Below, one piece after another: positions 1-7,908 of a stretch of DNA of 32,000 nt. The DNA is taken from NCBI RefSeq assembly GCF_014639255.1, contig NZ_BMFV01000013.1:41945-73944 (forward strand), in the 5' to 3' direction. Each line of letters starts with the position of its first letter. The stretch's first letter is position 1. A program made the translations under genes and the position numbers. The notes beneath the pieces were generated by a model that was not told the origin of the DNA, searched no databases, and saw only the letters and a list, made by a program, of their open reading frames with translations. Origin of the DNA: Pullulanibacillus pueri. GTDB lineage: Bacteria; Bacillota; Bacilli; Bacillales; Sporolactobacillaceae.

Positions 1-234
1 TTTTAATAAGCTTAGCAATTCTCCAACACTTGCATATTCCCAAGCCTTTTTGTAAAGCTTATAGATTAAGAAAAGAAGATGGTGGCTCAGTAATAAAAAA
101 ACTAAATTTACCATCATTGGTAAGGTCAATATGTGAAAATCTTTATTGATTAAAAAATAACTAGAAAAAATAGAAATGACGACGATGATGGAATCACCGA
201 CGGCGAATAAGGTAAATCGCTTGTGATACGTCAT
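1..234 (-). CDS. Polysaccharide biosynthesis protein, CapD/EpsC-like; only the N-terminal 78 codons, gene runs off the left edge
   Basis: Absent from the ORF track because it is open at the window edge. ATG at 234-232 follows an AGGGGGA RBS. Translation: MTYHKRFTLFAVGDSIIVVISIFSSYFLINKDFHILTLPMMVNLVFLLLSHHLLFLIYKLYKKAWEYASVGELLSLLK. This is a hydrophobic membrane N-terminus ending in the YKxxWxYxxxxEL pattern I associate with CapD/EpsC N-termini. It lies downstream of the Wzz and BY-kinase genes. Confidence 0.6.
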   Translation of the reverse strand, partial: MTYHKRFTLFAVGDSIIVVISIFSSYFLINKDFHILTLPMMVNLVFLLLSHHLLFLIYKLYKKAWEYASVGELLSLLK

Positions 235-511
235 CTTTTTCCCCCTGTTCCCCTAAAAAATTGTCCCTTTCTCTCTTTCTCAAAAACTTAAAGGTTTTAG
301 CTACAAGGTTCTTCTCTCTTCTCAACCCCATAGCTAAAACTTTTAATCGGGTCCTCTCTCTTATATGAAGCTTTTCAACACCTCAAATGGCAATAATAAT
401 ATGTAAATGGGCATTCAACCCAACCTCACACCATACCTTCGACGATCAACGTCTAAGGTTATTTAACCCACAGCATGGCCGAGTGTCTCCATTGATAAAG
501 GTGAGGAGGCA
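235..511 (-). promoter_or_regulatory. ORF-free spacer between the BY-kinase and the CapD/EpsC-like gene; candidate EAR-type (eps-associated RNA) antitermination element
   Basis: The call rests on position only: EAR lies between the second and third eps genes in Bacillales. There is no credible ORF. On the minus strand there is a perfect 10-bp stem GTTTTAGCTA/TAGCTAAAAC (340-331 / 303-294) enclosing GGTT...AACC, plus GA-rich tracts. Confidence 0.3.
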
Positions 512-577
512 TTACCTATGAATAACAAGTTCTAAATAACGAACATAAATATCTTCGTTCGCACCTTCTTCATTCAT

Positions 578-1243
578 TTATGCTCTCTTATTGTTAAGAA
601 TTGACCCAATGAGTCTAACCCTTGAAAGATCTAATAACCGTTTGGATTCAATTATTTTCTCGTTTGAAGTTTTACCGTTCTTAACAACAAGGATAACCCC
701 AGCCCCTTCATTAGCAATGATCGTAGGATCCGTCACTTCTAATAATGGCGGTGTATCGAAAAGCACAATATCATAATCATTTGTTAGCCTACGCATCAAT
801 GCATTCATTGAGGGTGCATTGAGTAATGCTGGTACATTCGTTGGTAAAGGACCACTTGTCACTATATCTAAAGTATCAATGACTGTTTTTTTTATGACAT
901 CATCCAGGCTCTTTTGGTCTTGGAGAATATTAGTCAATCCAATATCATTATTAAGATTAAACAACCTATGTAAGGTCGGCTTACGAATATCTGCGTCAAC
1001 AATTAATACTTTTTCGCCCAACTGCGCAATAGAAGTGCCTAAATTGACCGTCGTTGTCGTTTTACCTTCTTTATAATCTGGTGAGGTGACGACAATGATG
1101 TGATTTAAATGGTCACTTGATGAAAACTTAATCTTTGCATAAATTTTTCTATATTGCTCAGATATCTTAGAGCCTTGATAATAATAGGAAACCAAGCTCT
1201 TCCTTTTGAACGCTTTCCAAACTCTTTCATTATAGAGCCTCAT
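578..1243 (-). CDS. Tyrosine-protein kinase (BY-kinase, CpsD/CapB/PtkA/EpsB family), cytoplasmic ATPase subunit
   Basis: 221 aa. Walker A SPDYKEGKTTTTVNLG, Walker A' VLIVDADIRKP, Walker B DIVLFDTPP, and an N-terminal SEQYRKI motif. RBS GGAGG lies 9 nt upstream of the ATG. It follows a Wzz-type gene. Confidence 0.9.
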   Translation of the reverse strand: MRLYNERVWKAFKRKSLVSYYYQGSKISEQYRKIYAKIKFSSSDHLNHIIVVTSPDYKEGKTTTTVNLGTSIAQLGEKVLIVDADIRKPTLHRLFNLNNDIGLTNILQDQKSLDDVIKKTVIDTLDIVTSGPLPTNVPALLNAPSMNALMRRLTNDYDIVLFDTPPLLEVTDPTIIANEGAGVILVVKNGKTSNEKIIESKRLLDLSRVRLIGSILNNKRA

Positions 1244-1279
1244 TCAAGACTACCTCCGATTCTTGTCGATGGAGTTGCT

Positions 1280-2047
1280 TTAAAAAAACTCTGAACTTTT
1301 TTCATTGACCTTTTCCTTTTGAAAGGAATCTGTACGTTGAGAACGTCTCTTTCTACTCCCTGTTTCTTTTGCGAACGCCCTAGAGTGAAATTCAATAGGT
1401 TCTCGTGTATTCTTCTTTCCCATTTTCGCAATGCTTCCCAAGGCCGGGGTTTCCAACAATTGACCTAGTTCCTTTTCTGATTGAACAGTATCATCCAAAG
1501 CATTCAATAAGAAGGCAAGACCGATGCCTACAACGATGCCTCCAATAAGACCTAAGATCATCTTGTGATTATTCTCTGGATTAATTGGAGTTGGATTGGT
1601 TGTGGCTTCAGATAATAAACGAACATTGGAAAAGTTAAGTAGACTGGCGGCTTCGTCCTTCAATACAAGAGCAGCCGCGTTGGCTATTTCAGCAGCTTCA
1701 CTTGGATGTTCTGCAGTCACTTGGATTAAGACAACGTGTGAATCATCAATATTCGATGCAGTAATGTCTTGGTCTAAATCCATGGGATCTTTCTTAACCT
1801 TAAGTTTTTGACTAATTTTTTCTAAAACTGTTGGATCCTTTATCATAACCATCAAAGTACTCATGTTATCCGATTGCGCCTCGGCCCCAACAAGGATTCG
1901 TGCAGAAGATTGATAGAGAGGGGATTCAACAACAATATGACTATATAAATAAGCGGCCACTGTCATTAAAAGAGTTGAAACCAGAATGACCCATATTCTT
2001 CTTCGCATGATATGTAATATCTCTTTCAAATTAATCTCTTTTGTCAT
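1280..2047 (-). CDS. Chain-length determinant / Wzz-family transmembrane modulator of the BY-kinase (TkmA/EpsA/CapA-like)
   Basis: Two TM segments (RRRIWVILVSTLLMTVAAYLY and ILGLIGGIVVGIGLAFLL) flank a periplasmic-type domain, followed by a basic cytoplasmic tail. Preferred start is the ATG at 2047 (MTKEINLKEIL...) with GAGGAG upstream. The ORF-track start at 2116 has no RBS. Confidence 0.85.
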   Translation of the reverse strand: MTKEINLKEILHIMRRRIWVILVSTLLMTVAAYLYSHIVVESPLYQSSARILVGAEAQSDNMSTLMVMIKDPTVLEKISQKLKVKKDPMDLDQDITASNIDDSHVVLIQVTAEHPSEAAEIANAAALVLKDEAASLLNFSNVRLLSEATTNPTPINPENNHKMILGLIGGIVVGIGLAFLLNALDDTVQSEKELGQLLETPALGSIAKMGKKNTREPIEFHSRAFAKETGSRKRRSQRTDSFQKEKVNEKSSEFF

Positions 2048-2382
2048 ATTGCCTTGTACTCCTCTATTTTCATTTTTAACGAACTGGATGTTCATTATAA
2101 AGAACCTTATGAGCAAAAAAAATCATACGTAGTGACAGTCATTGGATGATGGCCTTTAGTACAAATTTTAATGAAAAAAAATTCCTTTTGTTCGTTATAA
2201 GAGATATATTGACTTTAGAATATGTAAAAAGTGCAATATTACCTTCGGTGTTAACGGAATTTTCATCTTTTTGTTTTATATAATGAACTTTATGTAAATA
2301 AAATACCTCTTAAAACACTCCATGTCAACATCTTTTTTTGAGTTCTATTACTTTTTTGATTTTTGAAGAAAATCTAGAACAA

Positions 2383-2411
2383 TTGACGAATGCTCCATTT
2401 CGCGATACAGT
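2383..2411 (+). promoter_or_regulatory. Putative sigma-A promoter of the aminotransferase gene
   Basis: TTGACG (2383-2388), a 17-nt spacer, then TACAGT (2406-2411), about 22 nt upstream of the TTG start. Confidence 0.4.
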
Positions 2412-2433
2412 TTGTACAAAAAGGAAGATTGTC

Positions 2434-3591
2434 TTGAAGGAATTATTAAATCCTCAGGTAAAGGATATTCAAATTAGTGGGATACGAAGATTTTTTAATA
2501 AAGTCGCTCAGTATCCTGAGGCTTTGTCACTTACCATAGGCCAACCTGATTTCCCCACCCCCGACCATATTAAAGAGGCGGCTAAGCGGGCCATTGACCA
2601 AAACTATACAACCTATACTCATAATGCTGGAATGATCGAGCTACGTCAGGCTATACAGCAGTTTGTCGCAAAGAAATATCAATTAAACTATAAAGCCGCT
2701 ACAGAAATTATTGCTACAACGGGTGCCAGTGAAGCTATTGACATTACACTTCGCACTTTATTAGAACCCGGAGATGAAGTGCTTTTACCAGGACCGGTCT
2801 ACCCAGGTTATGAACCCGTCATTCATTTATGCGGTGCGATTCCTGTACATATCGATACGACGCATACTGACTTTAAATTAACGGCTCGCGATATAGAAGC
2901 AGCTCTAACGGAAAAAACGAAATGCCTGATCCTCCCTTACCCATCGAATCCTACAGGGATGGTGCTTTCGGCCCATGAACTCCAAGAGATTGCGGACGTG
3001 TTACAGGAGCGAGATATCTTCATCGTCTCGGATGAAATCTATAGCGAGTTAACTTACGGTACCCACCATACCTCAATTGCATCATTTGAAGGAATGTGGA
3101 ACAAGACTATTGTCATTAACGGGCTTTCAAAGTCGCATGCAATGACCGGTTGGCGGATGGGGTTTCTTCTAGCCCCTGAAGAGATTGCAGAGCAAATCCT
3201 AAAAGTTCATCAGTATAATGTCACCTGTGTGTCATCGATCACACAATATGCAGCTCTTGAGGCACTAACAAGGGGGATTGACGATGCGGCGATTATGCGA
3301 GAGGCTTATCAAAAACGTCTAGAATATTCTTATGAACGACTTTTGGACATGGGATTACCAACGACGAAGCCTGGGGGGGCCTTTTATCTCTTTCCTTCTA
3401 TTGATAAATTTGGTATGACGTCAAACGATTTCGCTGAAAACCTACTTCAAAGTGAAAATCTTGCTGTTGTTCCTGGAGAGGCATTTTCATCCTATGGAGA
3501 TCGTTATATTCGGATTTCTTACGCCTACTCCCAAGACCTCCTCGAGCAAGGACTCGACCGTCTTGAGCGTTTTATTGCAAAGCTCAAATAA
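2434..3591 (+). CDS. patA: Class I/II pyridoxal-phosphate aminotransferase, PatA/DapX-like (N-acetyl-LL-diaminopimelate aminotransferase type)
   Basis: Colinear with my recollection of B. subtilis PatA: LLNP..I.ISGIR.F, SLTIGQPDF.TP, PGPVYPGYEP, LPYPSNPTG, and INGLSKSHAMTGWR with the PLP lysine. Start is moved to the TTG at 2434, 6 nt after AAGGAAG. The track start at 2338 adds 32 non-conserved residues. Confidence 0.85.
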   Translation: MKELLNPQVKDIQISGIRRFFNKVAQYPEALSLTIGQPDFPTPDHIKEAAKRAIDQNYTTYTHNAGMIELRQAIQQFVAKKYQLNYKAATEIIATTGASEAIDITLRTLLEPGDEVLLPGPVYPGYEPVIHLCGAIPVHIDTTHTDFKLTARDIEAALTEKTKCLILPYPSNPTGMVLSAHELQEIADVLQERDIFIVSDEIYSELTYGTHHTSIASFEGMWNKTIVINGLSKSHAMTGWRMGFLLAPEEIAEQILKVHQYNVTCVSSITQYAALEALTRGIDDAAIMREAYQKRLEYSYERLLDMGLPTTKPGGAFYLFPSIDKFGMTSNDFAENLLQSENLAVVPGEAFSSYGDRYIRISYAYSQDLLEQGLDRLERFIAKLK

Positions 3592-3607
3592 ATATATTCT
3601 TAAAAGC

Positions 3608-3640
3608 AAAAAGCTCTTGGTTAATGACCGAGAGCTTTTT
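3608..3640 (+). terminator. Intrinsic terminator of the aminotransferase gene
   Basis: AAAAGCTCTTGG ttaatga CCGAGAGCTTTTT: a 9-bp stem with one G.U pair, followed by a T5 run. Confidence 0.8.
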
Positions 3641-3813
3641 GCATTACCAGGGTTTCTGACTTATTTTACTTTTTCATCATGACTTCTCATTGAGGACCAC
3701 TTTATAGTGGACTAACAAATGAGCCCTGCGCACGCACTAAAAAGGTGACTGGTCAACAAAAGAGGCAGCTGACTCACAGTAGAGAGCCGCAGCTAACAAA
3801 TGAGCACGTGGCT

Positions 3814-3846
3814 CAAAAAAAATCCACTCCAAACAAAGGAGTGGAT
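3814..3846 (-). terminator. Intrinsic terminator of MFS gene 3927-5459
   Basis: On the minus strand, ATCCACTCC tttgttt GGAGTGGAT followed by T8. Confidence 0.8.
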
Positions 3847-3926
3847 CATCTAAAATAACTTTCTTTTTTATAAGTCATGCACTCAAGCACGTTGCCTGAG
3901 CCAAGCTTTTCTTAATGAATCCCTAT

Positions 3927-5459
3927 TTACCTACTTCCCTGTGGCTTTTTAGGGAAAATGGATAGACGAAATTTGTGAGGCTTGCGTACGCGATTGGTAA
4001 TCGTATCCTCTTTTGGCTCCGTCGGTTTAATGAAGAATGCAAGAATAAAGGCGATGATTGATAATGCTGTCGCGACCATAAAAGCATCATTCACACCCAT
4101 GACAGAACCTTGTTGTTGGGCCAAAGCGATCTGAGCTTTGTCACTTGAAAGAATGTGGTGCTGAGAAATAATGTCTTTGACATGCTTGAGGCCTTGGTTT
4201 GACATAATAGAAACGAAAAAGGCCATTCCCACTGCTCCAGAGACATTCCTTAATGTATTGACCATGGCTGTACCATATTTATTCAAGCTCAATGCAAGTT
4301 CATTTAAACCGGCTGTAAAGATTGGCATCATGATCAAGGACATCCCAAACATCCGAATGGTATAAACGACAACAACGTACGTAAAGGACGTATTCACGAC
4401 CAAACGGGTTAAAGCAAAGGTCGTTACAATCGTAATGAAAAGACCGATAATGGCTAGCCACTTCGCACCAAACTTATCAAATAAACGTCCCGTAATCGGC
4501 GACATAATTCCCATGACAACCCCACCTGGTAAAAGTAATAAACCAGACATAATTGGAGAGAAGCCGCGAATGTTTTGCATGTAGATTGGCATGAGGATCA
4601 TACCCGAGAACATCGCCATCGTGATCACAACATTAATCGCTGTTGTTAAAGTAAAGATCCGATAACGGAAGATCCTGAACTCTAAGATTGGTTCGTCGGT
4701 GATTAACTGCCAAATCACAAAGAGAATGACACTTATACCACCTATGATTAAGGAAGCAATCACTTCATCATTTCCCCAGCCTTTGTCACCGACTGTGGCA
4801 AAACCATATAATAATCCACCAAATCCAATTGTAGATAAGATCACACCTAAAACATCCAGCTTCGGACGCTTGGTTTCTGTTACATTTTTCACAAGGAAGA
4901 AAGCAATGATAAGGTCGAGAATCGCGATAGGTAAGATGATATAGAACAAAACACGCCAAGAATAGCTTTGGACAATCCAACCGGATAATGTTGGCCCAAT
5001 GGCAGGGGCGAAGTTCATCGCTACCCCAAAAATCCCCATGGCAAACCCACGACGTTTTGGCGGGAAAATAGTAAAAATAACATTAGTAATAAGTGGAAAC
5101 AGAATACCCGCACCAGCCGCTTGAATGACCCTACCGACTAGAATAACAGAGAATGAAGGTGCCACTGCACATATGACTGTCCCTATGGTAAACAGACTCA
5201 TAGCGGTCAGATAGAGCTGCCTTGTTGTAAATCGATTCATCAAAAATGCCGTAATTGGAATGACAATCCCATTCACGAGCATAAAAATAGTCGTTAACCA
5301 ATCTGCAGTTGTAGCAGATATATTAAAATGATTCATGAGTTGCGGTAAAGCTATATTGATCAATGTTTGATTCAAGAATGCAACTAATGCGCCCGCAATC
5401 ATAATCCCAAAAATAGGTACAACTTTAATATTCTTAGGGGTACTACTTTCAGATGTCAT
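3927..5459 (-). CDS. MFS transporter, DHA2 (EmrB/QacA/LmrB-like, 14-TMS) drug:H+ antiporter, paralog 1
   Basis: Multi-TM protein with the motifs LNQTLINIALP, GRVIQAAGAG and FAPAIGPTLSGW. It is highly similar to the ORFs at 15942-17345 and 20719-22191. Start is set at the ATG at 5459 (MTSESS...), 10 nt after GGAGG. Confidence 0.9.
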   Translation of the reverse strand: MTSESSTPKNIKVVPIFGIMIAGALVAFLNQTLINIALPQLMNHFNISATTADWLTTIFMLVNGIVIPITAFLMNRFTTRQLYLTAMSLFTIGTVICAVAPSFSVILVGRVIQAAGAGILFPLITNVIFTIFPPKRRGFAMGIFGVAMNFAPAIGPTLSGWIVQSYSWRVLFYIILPIAILDLIIAFFLVKNVTETKRPKLDVLGVILSTIGFGGLLYGFATVGDKGWGNDEVIASLIIGGISVILFVIWQLITDEPILEFRIFRYRIFTLTTAINVVITMAMFSGMILMPIYMQNIRGFSPIMSGLLLLPGGVVMGIMSPITGRLFDKFGAKWLAIIGLFITIVTTFALTRLVVNTSFTYVVVVYTIRMFGMSLIMMPIFTAGLNELALSLNKYGTAMVNTLRNVSGAVGMAFFVSIMSNQGLKHVKDIISQHHILSSDKAQIALAQQQGSVMGVNDAFMVATALSIIAFILAFFIKPTEPKEDTITNRVRKPHKFRLSIFPKKPQGSR

Positions 5460-5657
5460 TGCTACCAAACCTCCATACAATAAATTAAAATAAATGCCTA
5501 ACTCCTTAGACAACGCAATCGAATAAATGAGATATTTTTACATTTCAACCAAATAAAAGTCCCACCTAAGGTAGGTAGGAAAAAAACAGGCATAAAAATA
5601 GGGTCTTCTTTATTATAAACAATTACATTACTATTAGTAAGTTAGTAAGCTTTTATT

Positions 5658-5686
5658 ATATTAATCTCGAAAGCACACTTTGTCAA
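5658..5686 (-). promoter_or_regulatory. Near-consensus sigma-A promoter about 190 nt upstream of MFS paralog 1
   Basis: On the minus strand, TTGACA (5686-5681), a 17-nt spacer, then TAATAT (5663-5658). Confidence 0.55.
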
Positions 5687-5722
5687 CAATTTAAACCTCT
5701 AATGCCCACTCTCTAAAAGACT

Positions 5723-6964
5723 CTAATGATTGCCTCTCAATCGCTTCTCTGGGACTACTTCCTGACCCCGCGTGCCATACGCTAGGCTCATCGCAGCCAA
5801 CAAAAGAATTCCAGTCGTCAAAAACACCATATAAGTCGGGAAAATCCCTCCAATAAAGCCACCGACCATAGGTCCAAGCATACCGCCAATTTGATTAGCC
5901 GTCTGATTGAGACCAAAGGCGCGCCCACGAAAATCTTCAGGTGTTGACTTTACAACCAATCCATTTAAAGCAGGGAAAACCGCGCAAAAGAAGATGCCAA
6001 AAATAAATCGTGTGATCGAAAAGCCCCAAAGTTCACTAAAAATAATTTGCGCAAAGGTCCCAAGACCGCCGCCAAATAGCCCGATAATTAAGATCTTATG
6101 GAAACCTATTTTATCCGCTAATTTCCCCCAATACGGACCAAAAATAACACTGGCGATACCTGGTAAAGAGAAAACAACCCCGGCTAATAATGACGTCTTA
6201 TCTGCCGACCCTCCAAGGTCGACAATGTAAAGAGGCAATACCGGTTCTAATGTCATCACGGAGCATTGGGCTACGACAGTTAAAAGAAGCACCATCAAAA
6301 ATGGGCGATTCGCCCCTGCTAGACGGATATCCCTGATGACAGACGTTTTGTCTTTACTTGGCGTAAACTTTTCTTCTTTGACAAAAAAGAAGACGAGCAC
6401 CGTTGAAAATAAAACCTGTATACCCGCCGTCGCAAAAGCGATACGATTACCCACAAGTTCTGCGATCACCCCACCAAACAGTGGACCAATAATGCTCCCG
6501 GCTGCAGTTGCTGTTGAAACCATGGCGAGTGCGTAACCGACTTTATCCTTCGGTGTATTCGTTCCGATTAACGCAATACTACCAGGAATAAAGCCTGTTA
6601 ATAACCCTTGCATTAGCCGCAAAATTAAAATTTCATAGGGATTTGTGACAAAAGCGGTAAGCGTATAAATAAGAAATAAAAAAAATCCCGCGCGAATGAT
6701 CATTGGCTTCCGCCCGTACTTATCCCCTAAAGCCCCCCAAATAGGTGAGGCAAACGCTCCAGCAAAAAAGGCTGCGCTATAAATAAGCCCAGACCATATT
6801 TCTGTATGCTGATGAACACCTAATTGTAATAAAAAGAGAGGCAAAAAAGGGATAACCATGGTGAAACTAGCGGAAGTAAAAAAAGCACCAATCCAAAGTA
6901 CCCACAAATTTCGTTTCCAAGTTAACACCGTATCTTCCTTCTTCCTCAGGATAGCTTCAACCAT
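5723..6964 (-). CDS. MFS transporter, DHA1 family, MdtG/YceE-like (12-TMS)
   Basis: WKRNLWVLWIGAFFTSASFTMVIPFLPLFLLQLGV and GALGDKYGRKPMIIRAG match the MdtG-type N-terminus and motif A. An alternative start is the GTG at 6928, 5 nt after AAGGAAG. Confidence 0.88.
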   Translation of the reverse strand: MVEAILRKKEDTVLTWKRNLWVLWIGAFFTSASFTMVIPFLPLFLLQLGVHQHTEIWSGLIYSAAFFAGAFASPIWGALGDKYGRKPMIIRAGFFLFLIYTLTAFVTNPYEILILRLMQGLLTGFIPGSIALIGTNTPKDKVGYALAMVSTATAAGSIIGPLFGGVIAELVGNRIAFATAGIQVLFSTVLVFFFVKEEKFTPSKDKTSVIRDIRLAGANRPFLMVLLLTVVAQCSVMTLEPVLPLYIVDLGGSADKTSLLAGVVFSLPGIASVIFGPYWGKLADKIGFHKILIIGLFGGGLGTFAQIIFSELWGFSITRFIFGIFFCAVFPALNGLVVKSTPEDFRGRAFGLNQTANQIGGMLGPMVGGFIGGIFPTYMVFLTTGILLLAAMSLAYGTRGQEVVPEKRLRGNH

Positions 6965-7060
6965 AATACCACTATTCTATGACGCTGTCATCGGCTAAAC
7001 GTAATGAAAGCAAAAATAGGCAAATCAACCTATTATCATTAAGTGCTCTTTCATCCCTCA

Positions 7061-7157
7061 TCTAAGAAAACTTGGCTTGTCGCCAAGCCTTTTGGGGAAA
7101 GCCTAAGTTGCCCTTATAAGGTCTTCCGCTAGTAATAAATTCTGACGTTAAAAAAAG
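7061..7157. repeat. Tail module of the intergenic repeat family (copy B)
   Basis: TCTAAGAAAACTTGGCTTGTCGCCAAGC...AGCCTAAGTTGCCCTTATAAGGTC...ATTCTGACGTTAAAAAAAG aligns by hand at roughly 70-75 percent identity with 15781-15883. Its first 25 nt also match 25163-25186. Confidence 0.6.
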
Positions 7158-7176
7158 CCGCTAAGCGACTTTTTTC
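7149..7176 (-). terminator. Terminator of the DsbA-like gene
   Basis: On the minus strand, AAAAAGTCGC tta GCGGCTTTTTTT. The short GC stem is extended by A/T pairing, and T7 follows. Confidence 0.55.
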
Positions 7177-7179
7177 GTT

Positions 7180-7908
7180 TTATTCCTTATTAGGAGACAC
7201 TTGACAAGCTCCATCGACACACTCACCATTATTTCCTGCTTCATCCGTTGTTGGGTTTAACACGGTTAAAGGCTGTTCCTCCTGTTGCACCTTTTGCAAT
7301 GCCTCTACAAAAACGTTAAGCGGTTGGGCTCCTGAAATCGCGTATTTACGGTTTAAGACAAAGAAAGGGACGCCTTGAACTCCCAACTGTCGTGCTTCTT
7401 GCTCATCTGCTCTCACAGCATCAGCATAATCCGTGCCCACGAGCATAGTCTTAACAGCGTTTTGATCAAGACCGACTTCACTTGCAAGCTCACTCAAGGT
7501 CTCATGATCACCGATATGCTTGGATTCAGTAAAATAAGCGTGTAACAAACGCTCAGTCATCTCAGCTTCTTTATTATGATCATGTGCAAAATGCATGAGG
7601 CGATGAGCGTCAAAAGTATTCGTTGGAATCATCGTATCAAAATTATAGGTGAGACCGACTTCCTTCGCTTGCTCCTTCATGCGATCATTCATCACTTTCC
7701 CTTGTTCATAGCTTGTTCCGAACTTTTCCGCAAGCATAGTATGGATATCCTTACCATAATCTCGCTTCGCTTGTGGATCCAGTTCAAAGCTCTTAAATTG
7801 AACCTCTATATTCTCCATGTTAGGAAGCTGATTCAAAGCTTCTTCCAAACGACGTTTTCCGATATAACAGAAAGGACAGACAAAGTCAGACCAAACCTCT
7901 ATTTTCAT
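7180..7908 (-). CDS. DsbA-family thiol:disulfide oxidoreductase (FrnE / 2-hydroxychromene-2-carboxylate isomerase-like)
   Basis: N-terminal MKIEVWSDFVCPFCYIGKRRLE carries a CPFC active site. The C-terminal GVQGVPFFV motif is present. RBS GAGGAG lies 8 nt upstream. Confidence 0.9.
   Translation of the reverse strand: MKIEVWSDFVCPFCYIGKRRLEEALNQLPNMENIEVQFKSFELDPQAKRDYGKDIHTMLAEKFGTSYEQGKVMNDRMKEQAKEVGLTYNFDTMIPTNTFDAHRLMHFAHDHNKEAEMTERLLHAYFTESKHIGDHETLSELASEVGLDQNAVKTMLVGTDYADAVRADEQEARQLGVQGVPFFVLNRKYAISGAQPLNVFVEALQKVQQEEQPLTVLNPTTDEAGNNGECVDGACQVSPNKE

Noticed and set aside
538-562. Hairpin AACGAA...TTCGTT just after the BY-kinase stop, as an internal operon terminator
   Set aside because: The stem is only 5-6 bp and AT-rich with a poor U-tract. 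It lies inside the 21-codon in-frame continuation, which is more likely remnant coding sequence.
1240-1431. 63-aa ORF on the minus strand overlapping the end of the Wzz-like gene. Also the many 60-180-aa ORFs antisense to, or out of frame within, long genes (for example 8768-9304, 19455-19901, 27725-28099, 12254-12589)
   Set aside because: They are fully embedded in well-supported family-assignable CDSs and have no RBS. Their composition is what one expects from alternative frames of those genes.
2338-2433. N-terminal extensions suggested by the ORF track (patA at 2338, Wzz at 2116, MFS at 5513, oxidoreductase at 9355, AKR at 23516, yeeE at 17700, racemase at 29718)
   Set aside because: In each case an internal start has a properly spaced GGAGG-type RBS and matches the conserved N-terminus of the family. 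The extensions lack an RBS or overlap upstream signals.
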